The notes under the pieces are model-generated. The model made no database searches, was not told the DNA's origin, and was given only the letters and a program-made list of their open reading frames with translations. Below, in pieces: positions 12,703-23,280 of a stretch of 64,000 nt of DNA. Within the stretch, counting starts at the first letter, position 1; every line of letters starts with the position of its first letter. The translations under genes and the position numbers were made by a program. The DNA is taken from the NCBI GenBank assembly GCA_000002435.2, contig CM018791.1; one strand, written 5' to 3'. This stretch comes from Giardia intestinalis. Taxonomy: Eukaryota.

Positions 12703-13950
12703 ATGCCATGCAACATAGACCTCAGATACCGTATCTTACTCCTCGTTGCAGCGATGATGACGGCAGGCGCCCTTGGTATTGTCTTCAGAAAGGTCTCATA
12801 CTATATGAAGGGCAAGAATGTCGAAGGCCAGCTGGAGCTGTACGACAAGGTGTGGATTCCAGCCTTTTTCATGTTCCTTGGTGAGAGTATCGGCCTGGGA
12901 GTTTTCTGCATAAAGCGGTGCGTCATTAAAAGGAGCATCTCCAAATCGTCTCCTGATATGGCTGCCAGTAGTGCAACGAGCTTCGAGCAAGAGAATAGCA
13001 CAGCCCTCAAGACATCATGCACACATCCGTCTATGCAGAGGCAGCTCCCTCCGCAGATCGCTCGAAGGAAAGCAAGGAAGCTTATGGTGGGTCCACTGCC
13101 TTGTTGGAAGTTTGTGCTTGCGACGGCCTGCTTCTCCGCCCTGGATCTTGTGCAAGCAACGGCCTTCAACACTGCTATGCTATACATCTCGGTGTCTGCG
13201 GCCCAAAGCCTTCGGGGGTTCACCATCGTCTTTTGCCAGATCCTTGCAATCCCCCTGTTAAAAAGGAGACCGGAGAGGTGGGAGATCATGGGTGTTTGCT
13301 TTGCGTTTCTAGGACTTCTCCTAGTAGACGTCGCCATTGCGATCCAGAAGCGGGAGCACGGAGACACCCTCGAGACTACCATAGGGGTCCTGCTCGTCGT
13401 CGGCGGACAGATCTTCTCTGCCACGCAATACCTTCTAGAAGAGAAGACCTTCAAGAGCCGGGCCATAGACTCTCTGCTAGGTGTTGGCTGGGAGGGTGTC
13501 TGTGGCGTGATCCTGTCGCTGTGCGTTGCGTGCCCGCTGGCACACGTGATACCTGGCAGCGACCATGGGAGCCTGGAGAACTATGCCAACTCGCTGTACA
13601 TGTCCTTTGTCAACGGAAACATACTAGCCATGAATCTCCTATATGCGCTATCCATTCTACTCTTTAAATGGTCCGGGCTGGTTGTCGGGAAGATTCTTAC
13701 TTCAACCCATCTGTCTCTATTTGATAACTTGAGATCACTGCTGATATGGGCCATCATGGTCATAGTATACTACTCGACGAGGCACTACAGTCGCCCGTAC
13801 GGAGAGCCCCTCACTCCGTATTCGCTTCTGGAGCTGCTGGGGTTCGGGGTGCTGATTCTGGGCATCGTGGTCCACAACAATGTTCGTGGACTCGGCGTAA
13901 GGGCCACTTGCAGGGGTGAGCGGAGGATAACGCCGGGCTCCCCCAAATAA
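12703..13950 (+). CDS. Multi-pass membrane transporter, drug/metabolite-transporter (EamA/SLC35F/CRT-like) superfamily candidate
   Basis: The ORF track begins at a TTG (12541). The first ATG is at 12703 (MPCNIDL...). There are about 10 hydrophobic helices in two halves separated by a roughly 70-aa hydrophilic loop, and an EamA-like repeat end (LKRRPERWEIMGVCFAFLGLLLV). Confidence 0.45.
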   Translation: MPCNIDLRYRILLLVAAMMTAGALGIVFRKVSYYMKGKNVEGQLELYDKVWIPAFFMFLGESIGLGVFCIKRCVIKRSISKSSPDMAASSATSFEQENSTALKTSCTHPSMQRQLPPQIARRKARKLMVGPLPCWKFVLATACFSALDLVQATAFNTAMLYISVSAAQSLRGFTIVFCQILAIPLLKRRPERWEIMGVCFAFLGLLLVDVAIAIQKREHGDTLETTIGVLLVVGGQIFSATQYLLEEKTFKSRAIDSLLGVGWEGVCGVILSLCVACPLAHVIPGSDHGSLENYANSLYMSFVNGNILAMNLLYALSILLFKWSGLVVGKILTSTHLSLFDNLRSLLIWAIMVIVYYSTRHYSRPYGEPLTPYSLLELLGFGVLILGIVVHNNVRGLGVRATCRGERRITPGSPK

Positions 13951-16633
13951 CAGCCTGGCTGGAGTGACCGGGCCACTGACTATTGTAATCCTGTCTTCGC
14001 ACAGCGATGTGCCCCGTACTGTGCATATGGTCATAAAGCGGGGAGGGCCATCCTCCTGACCCAGTAAATTATGGGAAGCCCAATTGAAATCTGAAGCGTC
14101 GAGTGGTCTGATCGAGACAGTGACCATTCCTAGAGCTGTATTTGTGTTTCTTATCTTTTACTAGATTGGTATGCATCAGTCTGGAGCATTAACATCTGTA
14201 GGGAATATAGTTGTCGTGCCATGGTCATTGAAGGTAGCGGCTACACGGTCCGTCAGGCAATATGCAGTACATCATATGCCCCTATGTGACCTGCAGCGAT
14301 GCGTGAGCCTGCGTATGGTGAGTCACTCTCCCATAGACTGCCTCCAGGCCGTGCTTCATCTTCTATCTGGCTGGACACCTAATTAGTCACCCTACATTCG
14401 CTGACTGACATGTATGGCCTCTAGTATGACTGCTGGAGCTACTTGTCTTGGTCTTGAGCTCTGCATTGAACTTCTCTGACAGGTAAGGCACAGACAGACG
14501 ACCATGCCATGCCCGTAGCCTTCTCTCATGCAGCCAAGGCTCTGCATCCGATGGCCAGACCTTAACGGCCATCTACCGAGCTCGGGCACATCCTAGGTCC
14601 AGCACAGCACTAGGCGTTACTGGCAGGAGTACCTTGTATCTCACAACTTTACTGATGTCCGTTATAGATTATACTAATGGGCCCTCATACTCCCAGTTTA
14701 CAACTAGAGCATATAGAGTCCTGCAGTTACCGTCTCAACTGAGTACTACGTCCTTCGTAGATAGTAATGGCATTAAGGCTGGACGCTAGAGCTGGCCCCA
14801 GACAGCTGAGTTAGCAAGGACACGTTACCATGGAACGGTGCGTTAGAGGTTGCCTATGTGGTGCCTGTTCAGTCTGAGCGTAGGCGTCAGGGGATTTCGC
14901 ATCTGGTCTGTTGAGGTCCAGCCCTCTGCAATCTCGGGTAGGCTCTAGGTGGTACCTCCCCTATGACATGTCTGGTGGGCGAGGGATAAGGGCACTGCTG
15001 GCCTTTCCAGGTGTTTCCATCTGTCTCGGTTGCAGCCATTGGTGGCCCTGGTCATACGGGCCCGTCCATGATCAAAAGCACACTGACAGGAGGCAGTCGC
15101 TCTGAGTGGCCTCGTCGGGTGCTCACTCCCTATAGGTGGCGTAAGGCAATGGACAGAGGATTCCTCGAGGTGCCTTTGGACTAAGGTGGAGGGAGTAGTT
15201 CGTTTCGCAGATGACTGAAAGGGTGCTGTGCTTCTCGAACACTGCAGCCGGTCGTCTGGAGACTCGATGAGGCTTCACTGATTTCTCGGCAGCTAAGCAT
15301 GATATGTGGCTATCTTGATGGGTCTCCTGTTACCTCCTGTGCAACTGATGGCCTTATGCTGCCCCGAGCAACTTTCCCCACAGTCAAAGATTGAGGGCCC
15401 ATCGGAGGTCATGGCTAGATCCTAGTAGCTGCACTGAAGGCAGCCGTTGGTAAGGAGACCATCGTTGCTGTCTTTCCAAATACAATGGCATCAACTAGGC
15501 TTAGTCATGCGACCTCTGAGCCGTACTTACAGTAAGACCCGGCAGCACAGTGCAGCGCCACCTCCACGGCCCTCTGCGCCTGTTTGCCACGTGCCTCTCC
15601 TAGACTTAGACTAGGCAGGACGTGTATATTGGAGTCACTGCCGACTCCCTTGGTTGCTCAACGTGGCCGAACACCGCTTAAGAGATTATACGGAGACCAG
15701 CTACAGTGTGGGAATACACCTCGGTTTACTGGTGAAATGCCATCGGCTATTAATGCAAGTTTATCTTCATGCAGCAGTGCTCTAAGCATTTAGCAGCATG
15801 CAATCATTTGGTACGCCGGCATCACTATCGCATGATGGGGAGCCAGTCGAGGCCTACCCCTTATTCTTTGCCGGAGATCCGGAAGCATGGGCTGTCTGAG
15901 CATAGTACGGGGCTCTGTCGGTAGATTCTCTTTACTGCACTCATCGAAACACACAGAGTCCTCGAGCGTGGCGCCCCATTGAGCGATGGCTTGAGTGCCT
16001 CTGGGTGTCTTGTGAAGAGTGGCACACTGGCAAGGAGCACCACTTTGATATTCTGATCAATGATGAGTGGGTCGTAGCAAGCCAATGCTTCTCTACTGAT
16101 TTTTGTGTCTGTGTTACGTGTACTGTGGTAATGTGAGTACGATACTGCGGTTCTGATGTCCGACCGCGGCGAGTGCCATCTGCGGACAAAAGGTCCTATG
16201 TACTGGTACAAGGTATCCATTGATAGTTGGATCACGACTCCACCGATGCATAGCTAAGGTCCACTCAGTCTATTAAAACGTGCTGCAGAGCCTAGACGCA
16301 AGCATCTGATACACCGGTCAGAAGCAAAGCCAAGCGTAGAGGAGCAAGGACAGAACGGACTGAAGGGCCCGCTGCATCGATTGCACACTACCTGACCCTC
16401 CACGTACCTGGCCTTAATGAGTAAAACGTCGTGTGATGTGGGCCATCTCGAGCCCCTCCTGTGCATGGGCGGTATGAACCGCGGCTGCCTCTACACCTGC
16501 ATCCTACACAGGGGTGGACGAAGAGCTGCAGTATAGGGGCATCGACTAGGCAGCTCAAGACCAGCACGAGCGACCCGCATTTCTGGGGAGACGCCGTGAT
16601 TAACCGTAGAGTTATAGAGACAAAGCTAAAGAC

Positions 16634-16640
16634 GTTCACT
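16634..16640 (-). terminator. Giardia poly(A) signal AGTGAAC just after the alpha-1 giardin stop
   Basis: The reverse complement of gttcact at 16634-16640 is AGTGAAC, 6 nt downstream of the TAG at 16647-16649. It matches the AGTRAAY consensus. Confidence 0.4.
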
Positions 16641-16646
16641 AAACCC

Positions 16647-17534
16647 CTACTTCACGCGCCAGAGGGTGCGAAGGATTGGGGCCATGCGCTTGTCGAAGCA
16701 TCTCTCGATGTCTGTGCCCATGTCACCGTAGATCTTGTAGGCGTGCTTCGCCCCGAGGCACTTGTCGACCATCATGCCCGTGATCCTCCTCATGCGCTTC
16801 TCGTCGCCCTTGTCATTGCAGGCGCAGTTGATCAGGTATGCCGCAAGCCTGTGCATGCCGAGGAGGGCGAAGTGGGCGCAGTAGAAAGTATAGTAGTCCG
16901 TCTTCGTGTAGATGGTGGCGATAGCCTGCTCGATGCTCTTGCCGTTCTGGGCCTTGAAAGCCTCGGCGATGGGCCTGTACTCCGCACTCGGGACGGTGCC
17001 GAAGAAGTCGATGAGATAAGCAGTATTCTTCTGGTCGAAGGCCTGATCCAGACGCTGGGCCTCGTCCTCCGGAGAGCCGGGGCGGGAGACGCGCTCGTGA
17101 GCCATCCACTTCTCCATAAGCAGGCACCAGTCCTCCTTGCGGCCGACATCCTTCATGAAGTCCTCGACGAGGGGCTTCTTGAACATCCTCGTGTAGGCGG
17201 CGACGGTCTCGTGCCAGTCTTCGGGGGTGCACAGAATGACTGTGTCGAAGAAGGCCATGTGGTCGTTCCTGCCGGAAAGCGCGTCGCGGATGTGCTGGGC
17301 GCGGACCTCGTGACGATCGCTGAAGAGATCCATCAGGAGGCTCTCCTCGGAGCCGCCCTTGAGCGCCTTCTTGATGTCGTCGGGGAGCTCCTTGCCGTAG
17401 GAGGCAACGTAGGCCTTCGCAATCTTTTCACGCGACTCTGCGGAGTATTCCGACGCTATGAACGCGATCTGGACCTCGTCCTTGGCATCGATGGCCTGCT
17501 TGAGCTCGTTCGCAATGTCGGTGACCTTCGGCAT
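16647..17534 (-). CDS. Alpha-1 giardin (annexin homolog), 295 aa
   Basis: MPKVTDIANELKQAIDAKDEVQIAFIASEYSAESREKIAKAYVASYGKELPDDIKKALKGG... matches alpha-1 giardin as recalled. Four annexin-type repeats are present. The 25-aa N-terminal extension in the track (MGLQFKVG...) is read as upstream sequence, and the start was placed at the internal Met. Confidence 0.75.
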   Translation of the reverse strand: MPKVTDIANELKQAIDAKDEVQIAFIASEYSAESREKIAKAYVASYGKELPDDIKKALKGGSEESLLMDLFSDRHEVRAQHIRDALSGRNDHMAFFDTVILCTPEDWHETVAAYTRMFKKPLVEDFMKDVGRKEDWCLLMEKWMAHERVSRPGSPEDEAQRLDQAFDQKNTAYLIDFFGTVPSAEYRPIAEAFKAQNGKSIEQAIATIYTKTDYYTFYCAHFALLGMHRLAAYLINCACNDKGDEKRMRRITGMMVDKCLGAKHAYKIYGDMGTDIERCFDKRMAPILRTLWRVK

Positions 17535-17804
17535 TTTTAAAACCGAATTGCCATTTTTTGGCGGTATTTTTTGAAGCTCAAATTGACCAACTTTGAATTG
17601 TAACCCCAAAGTCCAGTAGTAGCCGAGAAACCCAACAACTGTCTTTGCTGTCTAAACAACCGCATCGCATCAATGGTCAATAAATCCTTGTACACTGTTT
17701 TATTGCCATATGGCGTAGTATCATTCAGCTCCGGGGAACCGGCAAAATCTGGCACCTGCCTTAGAGCCGCACCACAAGGCTTACGCTTCTGAGCAAGGGT
17801 GGCG

Positions 17805-19430
17805 ATGTTGTGTGGGGGAGCACGTGGACGAAGAGAAAAGGCCCGTGAAGAGTGGTTTCGGGCTGCATGCACCGGAGATATTCGCGTTGTTACAAAACTT
17901 CTCTCCAAGCACAATACCGCCCCATCAGATGCACGTCCCACTCTGGCACACGGATCTATTTTCAGCGGTTTTGCAGCCATTCATTACGCGGCCTACAACG
18001 GACATGACGCAATTGTCAAGCTTCTGCTTCGGACAGAAGCGACGGCTTGCACTGAAAAGCCTCTGCGGATTTCTGCCCTGGGCATCATTAATAGTAGGCT
18101 TCATATCCACCTTTCCCCAGGCGCAACACCTCTCATGGTCGCTGTGATAAGAGGGCATATCGATGTCGCTCTTACACTTTTAGAACACGCATACAAGCAC
18201 GAGGCCTCACATGCACAAATGGCCGGTGCTCCTCTTAGCGCGCGCTCCAAAGTCAAAGCAGGATCTAACCGTGCACTGCCGCCAAAGAACGAGGTGAGAA
18301 AGCACACTCTCAGGGCTCAGACGGCCACAGGCATTTCTGCACTGATGCTTCTGGTTACTCTGAACACTAGCGACGCCATAACACTCCTTAAGGCAAAGGA
18401 CTATCTGCTTTTGCGAGAGGAAGTGGAGCTCACTAGCAGCAATGGCGGAAATGCCGCTCTGATGATAGCTCTCCTCGGCCGTGACAAGATTCTCGAAGAG
18501 ATAATATCCCTGATCCTAGGCCCAGAAGAATACTACACTGACGCAAACTCCTGTGCGCCCAACACAACCATGCAACTCTTTATCGGGGGTCTCCAAATTG
18601 TCGGCCCACTGCCCCCTTTCCAACAGGATCGAAACCTCTTTTACTTCGCTATAAGCTTCATGAAGTCGCTCATGCAGCGGGATGAGCGCGGCTTCACCGT
18701 CCTAGACTCTGCCAGGTATCAGCTGAATGAAAAGAAGTGGGGCACCTCTCGAGCAGCTAAGGAGCGCACTTACCTACTCTATCGTAACTTGCTATGGCGC
18801 ATCCACATCTTCGTAAATGACTGTCCGCCTGTGAACATTCAGAACCCCTGTGAGCACTGGAATAACTATGAGGCCTGCTGCAATCGGCTCGGGGCTATCA
18901 GTGACGGTGAGTTTAAGATCCTCGCTAAGGACCTGGCTAAGAATCCAGAAATAAATCACAGTATAGAAGATATGTTGACGATCCCCAGGTTCCAGAAGCT
19001 TATGAGACCTTTCTCATCTGCCATTGCATCGTCGCGGCCAAAGGTCAAGGCCGTAGTCGAACCAGAAGTTGTGGCTGAGCACGAACCCAACCACGAGCCC
19101 GAGCATGACCCTTATCCAGAGTCTATCAAGATATGTCCTGGAGCAAGCATTTTCGACTCAAGCATAGAGCCCTCATCGACGCTCAACAGCACTCTAGTCT
19201 TGACCAAAACTGTTGTGGGTGACTGCCTGGACGACCAAACAGGATCACCCCTACAGACATCTATTCCCGTGAGAGTGCAGGATGGAATCGAACTTGCACA
19301 GGTCACTCCGACAACTAAAAGCCACAGATCTGACAAATTTTCCGCTAGGTCTTCAAATTCACTGCAGCTAAGCCTGAATTTGAACTTTGATGCCAGTCCA
19401 ACATCTTCTTCACAAATTCTAAATAACTAA
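17805..19430 (+). CDS. Ankyrin-repeat protein ('protein 21.1' family)
   Basis: The ORF track starts on GTG (17799). The first ATG is at 17805. There are multiple ANK repeats (AAIHYAAYNGHDAIVKLLL, ATPLMVAVIRGHIDVALTLL) and a long non-repeat C-terminus. Confidence 0.7.
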   Translation: MLCGGARGRREKAREEWFRAACTGDIRVVTKLLSKHNTAPSDARPTLAHGSIFSGFAAIHYAAYNGHDAIVKLLLRTEATACTEKPLRISALGIINSRLHIHLSPGATPLMVAVIRGHIDVALTLLEHAYKHEASHAQMAGAPLSARSKVKAGSNRALPPKNEVRKHTLRAQTATGISALMLLVTLNTSDAITLLKAKDYLLLREEVELTSSNGGNAALMIALLGRDKILEEIISLILGPEEYYTDANSCAPNTTMQLFIGGLQIVGPLPPFQQDRNLFYFAISFMKSLMQRDERGFTVLDSARYQLNEKKWGTSRAAKERTYLLYRNLLWRIHIFVNDCPPVNIQNPCEHWNNYEACCNRLGAISDGEFKILAKDLAKNPEINHSIEDMLTIPRFQKLMRPFSSAIASSRPKVKAVVEPEVVAEHEPNHEPEHDPYPESIKICPGASIFDSSIEPSSTLNSTLVLTKTVVGDCLDDQTGSPLQTSIPVRVQDGIELAQVTPTTKSHRSDKFSARSSNSLQLSLNLNFDASPTSSSQILNN

Positions 19431-19438
19431 ATGCGAGA

Positions 19439-21736
19439 CTACAAATCGCTGAGGATAATTGTGTCACTAACCTTCTTCCTACAATATGGACACTTCTTGC
19501 TAGCTAAAGGAGCGCACGCCTTGCAGAGAATCATGTGTCTGCATGGCACCAACACCGCGTTTGGAATGGCATCCATGCAGATCACGCAGTCCAGTCCCAT
19601 ATCTACAAAGAACGTCACTGTCAGATAATGATTCAGTTCGTCTATCCGCTCTTGTGCGATCTTTTGTCCGTGGAACCCCGCCTCCTCAACGTCATATATA
19701 TCCAAGTCATCAAAGAGTAACGCTAATATTGAATTATATAGCGTTGCAAAAAACGGTTTGTATTCTTCTAGATTGTTCTTACTGATGTACGCGGCAATAA
19801 CTTGCCACAGCGCGGTGCAATAATTCTGGACACTGTTCTGTGTCACCTTTAGATATACCGTCTTCCAGGAAATTATAGCGTTGATCAGATCGTAGTTTCC
19901 TATGTTGTATGCATAGTCGTAGGCGCAATGCCCATGGCTGTCCACCTTGTTAATCTCTGGCCCGAGAATAACCACTATATCGGCTGCCCCGGACTCGCAC
20001 GCATACATCAGCGCCGTTCGTCCTTGGTGGTCCACACAATTCATCTCCTCACGCAGTGCGTTGACAACGCATGAATGTCCGTGCTTGGCGGCAAGCATTA
20101 GCGCTGTTGCACCATCCTTGTTTCTTAACTTCAATTGGCGCGCGCGTAGCAGCTGGACCACCTCCAGGCTTCCAGCTTCTGCAGCATACATTAGTGACGA
20201 GTATCCGTCCCTATCTACATGAAAGTCTTCCTTTCCCTTAGTCTTTAAGAGCTTTGCACACTCTAAGTGGCCGTTCCTTGCTGCATACATAAGGGCCACC
20301 CGACCAGCGGCGTCCTCCATCCCCTTTTCATGGGGCAGTAGATACGATACCACATCTGAATACCCTCGCTCCGCAGCAAACATGAGGGCAGTAGTTCCAT
20401 CCTTCAAGGTTTGCCTTTTGAGATGCTCGTGGAACAGCTTCACTGCATCAAGATGGCCGTTGTGTGCAGAGACCATCAGCGGTGTCAGCCCGTCACCATT
20501 TATTAGACCCTTTTCTGCCTTCAATAGAGCTTTACATGTCTTAGCCCAGACGCTCCTGGCCAGCTGCAATTGAAAAGATTGAGTTCGCAAAAGATATAGT
20601 AAAGCGCTTTCCCCTGTAGTAGTTTGTATCCCTGCCTCTGTAGGTAACAGTGCTTGAACCACATTCAGGTGCCCCTTTTGGGCAGCATACATTAACCCGG
20701 TCAGCCCCTTATTGTCGACTGCCTTTTGTTCCACCTCAGCCAGTACCACACAGCAATCACTATGGCCATTGATTGCAGCGTGCATCAAGGCTGTTCTTCC
20801 CTCGTGGTCTCTCAGTGCAGCCTCACTTAGCCACAGCTCAACCAGCTCTTTGTGTCCGCCGCCTGCTGCGAACATGAGCGGCGTACAACCGATTTTCTGG
20901 TAGAGGAGATCCTTCTCAGACTCGAATAAGTGCACTGCAACCTCCACGTGACCTCCCGTGAGCGCATAGTAAAGAGCGGGATTGGATCCAGGACCATGGC
21001 ACCCCGCCTCCAGTGGCGCGAGCAGCTCTGCCGCTTCTTTATGGCCCTTCATTAGGGCATGTATTAGTGCAGTTCGACCCAGCTTATCTACAAACCCGAC
21101 ATCCCTTGAGTTTAAAAGGGCCTTGACCGAGGACACGCTGTTAGCAATCGCTGCTATCATAAGAGCTGTTTGGCGATTCCTATCATACATTCCACCTTCC
21201 GATGCAGCCAAAAGCTCGACACCTGCCACGTGGCCCAGCTCTGCACACAACATGAGAGACGTACGTCCGGCCTCATTGGCGTAGCCAGCCTCTTGTGTAC
21301 AGAGAAGCTTAATTATCTCCTGGTTATTATTATTGCAAGCCCACATCAGTGCCGTCATCTTTGACATGGTGACGTTTCCGGACTCGTAAGCCATGAGCAG
21401 CTCAACAGCCCTAGGCTTGTTGTGAAACGCCGCCCAGATAAGCGCAGTCCAGCCCTTAGAGTCTCTATGTCCACTCTCGAGGGGTGCAAGAATCCGGATG
21501 CAATCGTAAGCATCGTTTTGAACAGCAACGAGGAGAGCGCCGCCCCTTTCGTCTGGAAATATGCGCGCCTCGCGCGGGGCAAGGACAGTGACTGCATCCG
21601 CGTGGTTGGCGGACGCAGCATACATGAGCGCTGTCCATCCACGGCTGCTTATTTGGCCCGCTTGTTCGTCGAGGAGCTGGGTTATCACGCTAAGCTGGCC
21701 CTGCTTTGCCGCCTTCATCAATGGGGTCAGACTCAT
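19439..21736 (-). CDS. Ankyrin-repeat protein with a C-terminal C3HC4 RING finger (putative E3 ubiquitin ligase)
   Basis: About 20 tandem ANK repeats (TALMYAA.NGH...VVxLL). The C-terminus reads CVICMDAIPNAVLVPCRHMILCKACAPLASKKCPYCRK, a RING finger. The start is an ATG at 21734-21736. Confidence 0.8.
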   Translation of the reverse strand: MSLTPLMKAAKQGQLSVITQLLDEQAGQISSRGWTALMYAASANHADAVTVLAPREARIFPDERGGALLVAVQNDAYDCIRILAPLESGHRDSKGWTALIWAAFHNKPRAVELLMAYESGNVTMSKMTALMWACNNNNQEIIKLLCTQEAGYANEAGRTSLMLCAELGHVAGVELLAASEGGMYDRNRQTALMIAAIANSVSSVKALLNSRDVGFVDKLGRTALIHALMKGHKEAAELLAPLEAGCHGPGSNPALYYALTGGHVEVAVHLFESEKDLLYQKIGCTPLMFAAGGGHKELVELWLSEAALRDHEGRTALMHAAINGHSDCCVVLAEVEQKAVDNKGLTGLMYAAQKGHLNVVQALLPTEAGIQTTTGESALLYLLRTQSFQLQLARSVWAKTCKALLKAEKGLINGDGLTPLMVSAHNGHLDAVKLFHEHLKRQTLKDGTTALMFAAERGYSDVVSYLLPHEKGMEDAAGRVALMYAARNGHLECAKLLKTKGKEDFHVDRDGYSSLMYAAEAGSLEVVQLLRARQLKLRNKDGATALMLAAKHGHSCVVNALREEMNCVDHQGRTALMYACESGAADIVVILGPEINKVDSHGHCAYDYAYNIGNYDLINAIISWKTVYLKVTQNSVQNYCTALWQVIAAYISKNNLEEYKPFFATLYNSILALLFDDLDIYDVEEAGFHGQKIAQERIDELNHYLTVTFFVDMGLDCVICMDAIPNAVLVPCRHMILCKACAPLASKKCPYCRKKVSDTIILSDL

Positions 21737-21785
21737 TTTATACGCTGGCGCAACCCGATGACCTTTTCTGCGGCCTGTAAAATAA

Positions 21786-22721
21786 ATGGACGATTCACGG
21801 AAGGCCTACGTCGTTGCACAGGATCTTCACAACGCGATAATGCAGCGTGACGCAATAACTATCAGCGAAATAACTGGGCGATATGTTTCTGGCTACAGGG
21901 AAAAGATTGCGCTTGCTTTCATGGAACAGTACAATGTACTCCCTGCGGACCTTTTCAAGGAGTGGGGGACCGGATATTTTGAATCCCTTATGATCCGCTG
22001 CTGGACCAATAGACACGAAGCCAGGGCAAAGATGCTAAAGGAAGCTATCCGCGGCGCTTTGGACAGAGACGCATTGGTGGACCTTGTGATTCTGTGCAGC
22101 ACAGATGACTGGGCTAGTACGCTTGTGCACTATCAGAAGCACTTCAGAATCGCGCTGAAGGCAGATATTCGCTTGAATATGCCGGCGGATCGACCATGGA
22201 AAGCACTAATTGATCGCTGGATGGAACACGACCGGCACTACAGAAACAATGTAAAGACGGACGCGCATATGCTGCTTCAAGCTTTAGAGGGAGGCAATGG
22301 AGCGGCCATCGTAGATATTCTGGTAACCACGAAGCCACAGGAATGGGAGAAGATTGTTGCTGCTTACGAGGAGCACACAAACAAGTCCTTGGAGACAGCT
22401 ATCTGCATGGCCTTCCCCGGCTTCGAGCAAACGGCGTTCTGTGCAGCGCACTACTGGCTCTGTGAGCCAAGCAAGGCAGCAGCATTCTTGATTCACCGTG
22501 CCTGCGAAGGCAAGCGAGGAGACTTTCGCCGTGTTTGCCGCATTACAAGCCTGGTGCTCGATCAGTGCCTTAAGTGCAAGTATGTGTATAGCGTCTATGG
22601 GCACCTGGCAGCAGACTTTCGCAAAACCTTCAGCGATAACACCGCCATCCCACTCATTTCCCTGTGGCGTGCATATGACATTGGTAAAATATTGGCAGAA
22701 AAACACGAGAACATCACTTAA
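21786..22721 (+). CDS. Alpha-giardin family paralog (annexin-like), 311 aa
   Basis: Four-repeat annexin-like architecture with the conserved C-terminal motif (...CKYVYSVYGHLAADFRKTFSDNTAIPLISLWRAY), matching the other alpha-giardins in the window. ATG start. Confidence 0.8.
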   Translation: MDDSRKAYVVAQDLHNAIMQRDAITISEITGRYVSGYREKIALAFMEQYNVLPADLFKEWGTGYFESLMIRCWTNRHEARAKMLKEAIRGALDRDALVDLVILCSTDDWASTLVHYQKHFRIALKADIRLNMPADRPWKALIDRWMEHDRHYRNNVKTDAHMLLQALEGGNGAAIVDILVTTKPQEWEKIVAAYEEHTNKSLETAICMAFPGFEQTAFCAAHYWLCEPSKAAAFLIHRACEGKRGDFRRVCRITSLVLDQCLKCKYVYSVYGHLAADFRKTFSDNTAIPLISLWRAYDIGKILAEKHENIT

Positions 22722-22733
22722 TTCAGATCCTAT

Positions 22734-23255
22734 CTACTTTGTTCTATGGGGCTTCATTTGGCCCAGCTTATCTACTAGCTGAGCACACTTTCTTTCTAGT
22801 TCTCTATTGAGTCCACGAAGTCGTTCTAGTTCTGCGTTATATATAGCTTCCTTAGTGCTAAAGAGATCTTGCATGCTTGCGACTAAAGCGTCGGCCATGG
22901 CTTCGTAGGATTTTGCTTGAGTGGCAAGCATTGTATTCTTATAGTTCGTTGCTTCTATTATAAACTCACGCGTAAATTTCTGGTATGCTTCAGCCTTAGC
23001 GGCTTCCGATGCAGCATCTCCATCATTGCTGGTTGTCGTTGTGCCATCAGCGATCTTGTTGAGCCTCTGCCGCTGCTCACGCACTGCAACCTCCAGGGCT
23101 CGCTTGCGCCGTGTGACTCGAAGAAGCTCTGCACGGGTCTGCACAAGCTCTGAGCGCAAATACTCGTTTTCCTGCTCGAGAGCGCGCAGTCGCTGCTCGA
23201 GGGGCGACTCGTGGCAAACTCTCCTGGCCCCAGAGGGAGGTGGGGTCGCGTCCAT
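22734..23255 (-). CDS. Coiled-coil hypothetical protein (173 aa)
   Basis: ATG start. Leucine-heptad stretches (LRALEQENEYLRSELVQTRAELLRV...). The ORF fills the gap between neighbouring genes. Confidence 0.5.
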   Translation of the reverse strand: MDATPPPSGARRVCHESPLEQRLRALEQENEYLRSELVQTRAELLRVTRRKRALEVAVREQRQRLNKIADGTTTTSNDGDAASEAAKAEAYQKFTREFIIEATNYKNTMLATQAKSYEAMADALVASMQDLFSTKEAIYNAELERLRGLNRELERKCAQLVDKLGQMKPHRTK

Positions 23256-23280
23256 CGAAGATAATTTACTACTTAAAGAG

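Noticed and set aside
8978-16646. tRNA genes, telomeric TAGGG repeats and tandem repeats in the ORF-poor stretches
   Set aside because: Scanning by eye found no GGTTCGA-type T-arm with a matching acceptor stem, no TAGGG runs and no obvious tandem periodicity. Sensitivity by eye is low, so this is recorded as not found and not as absent.
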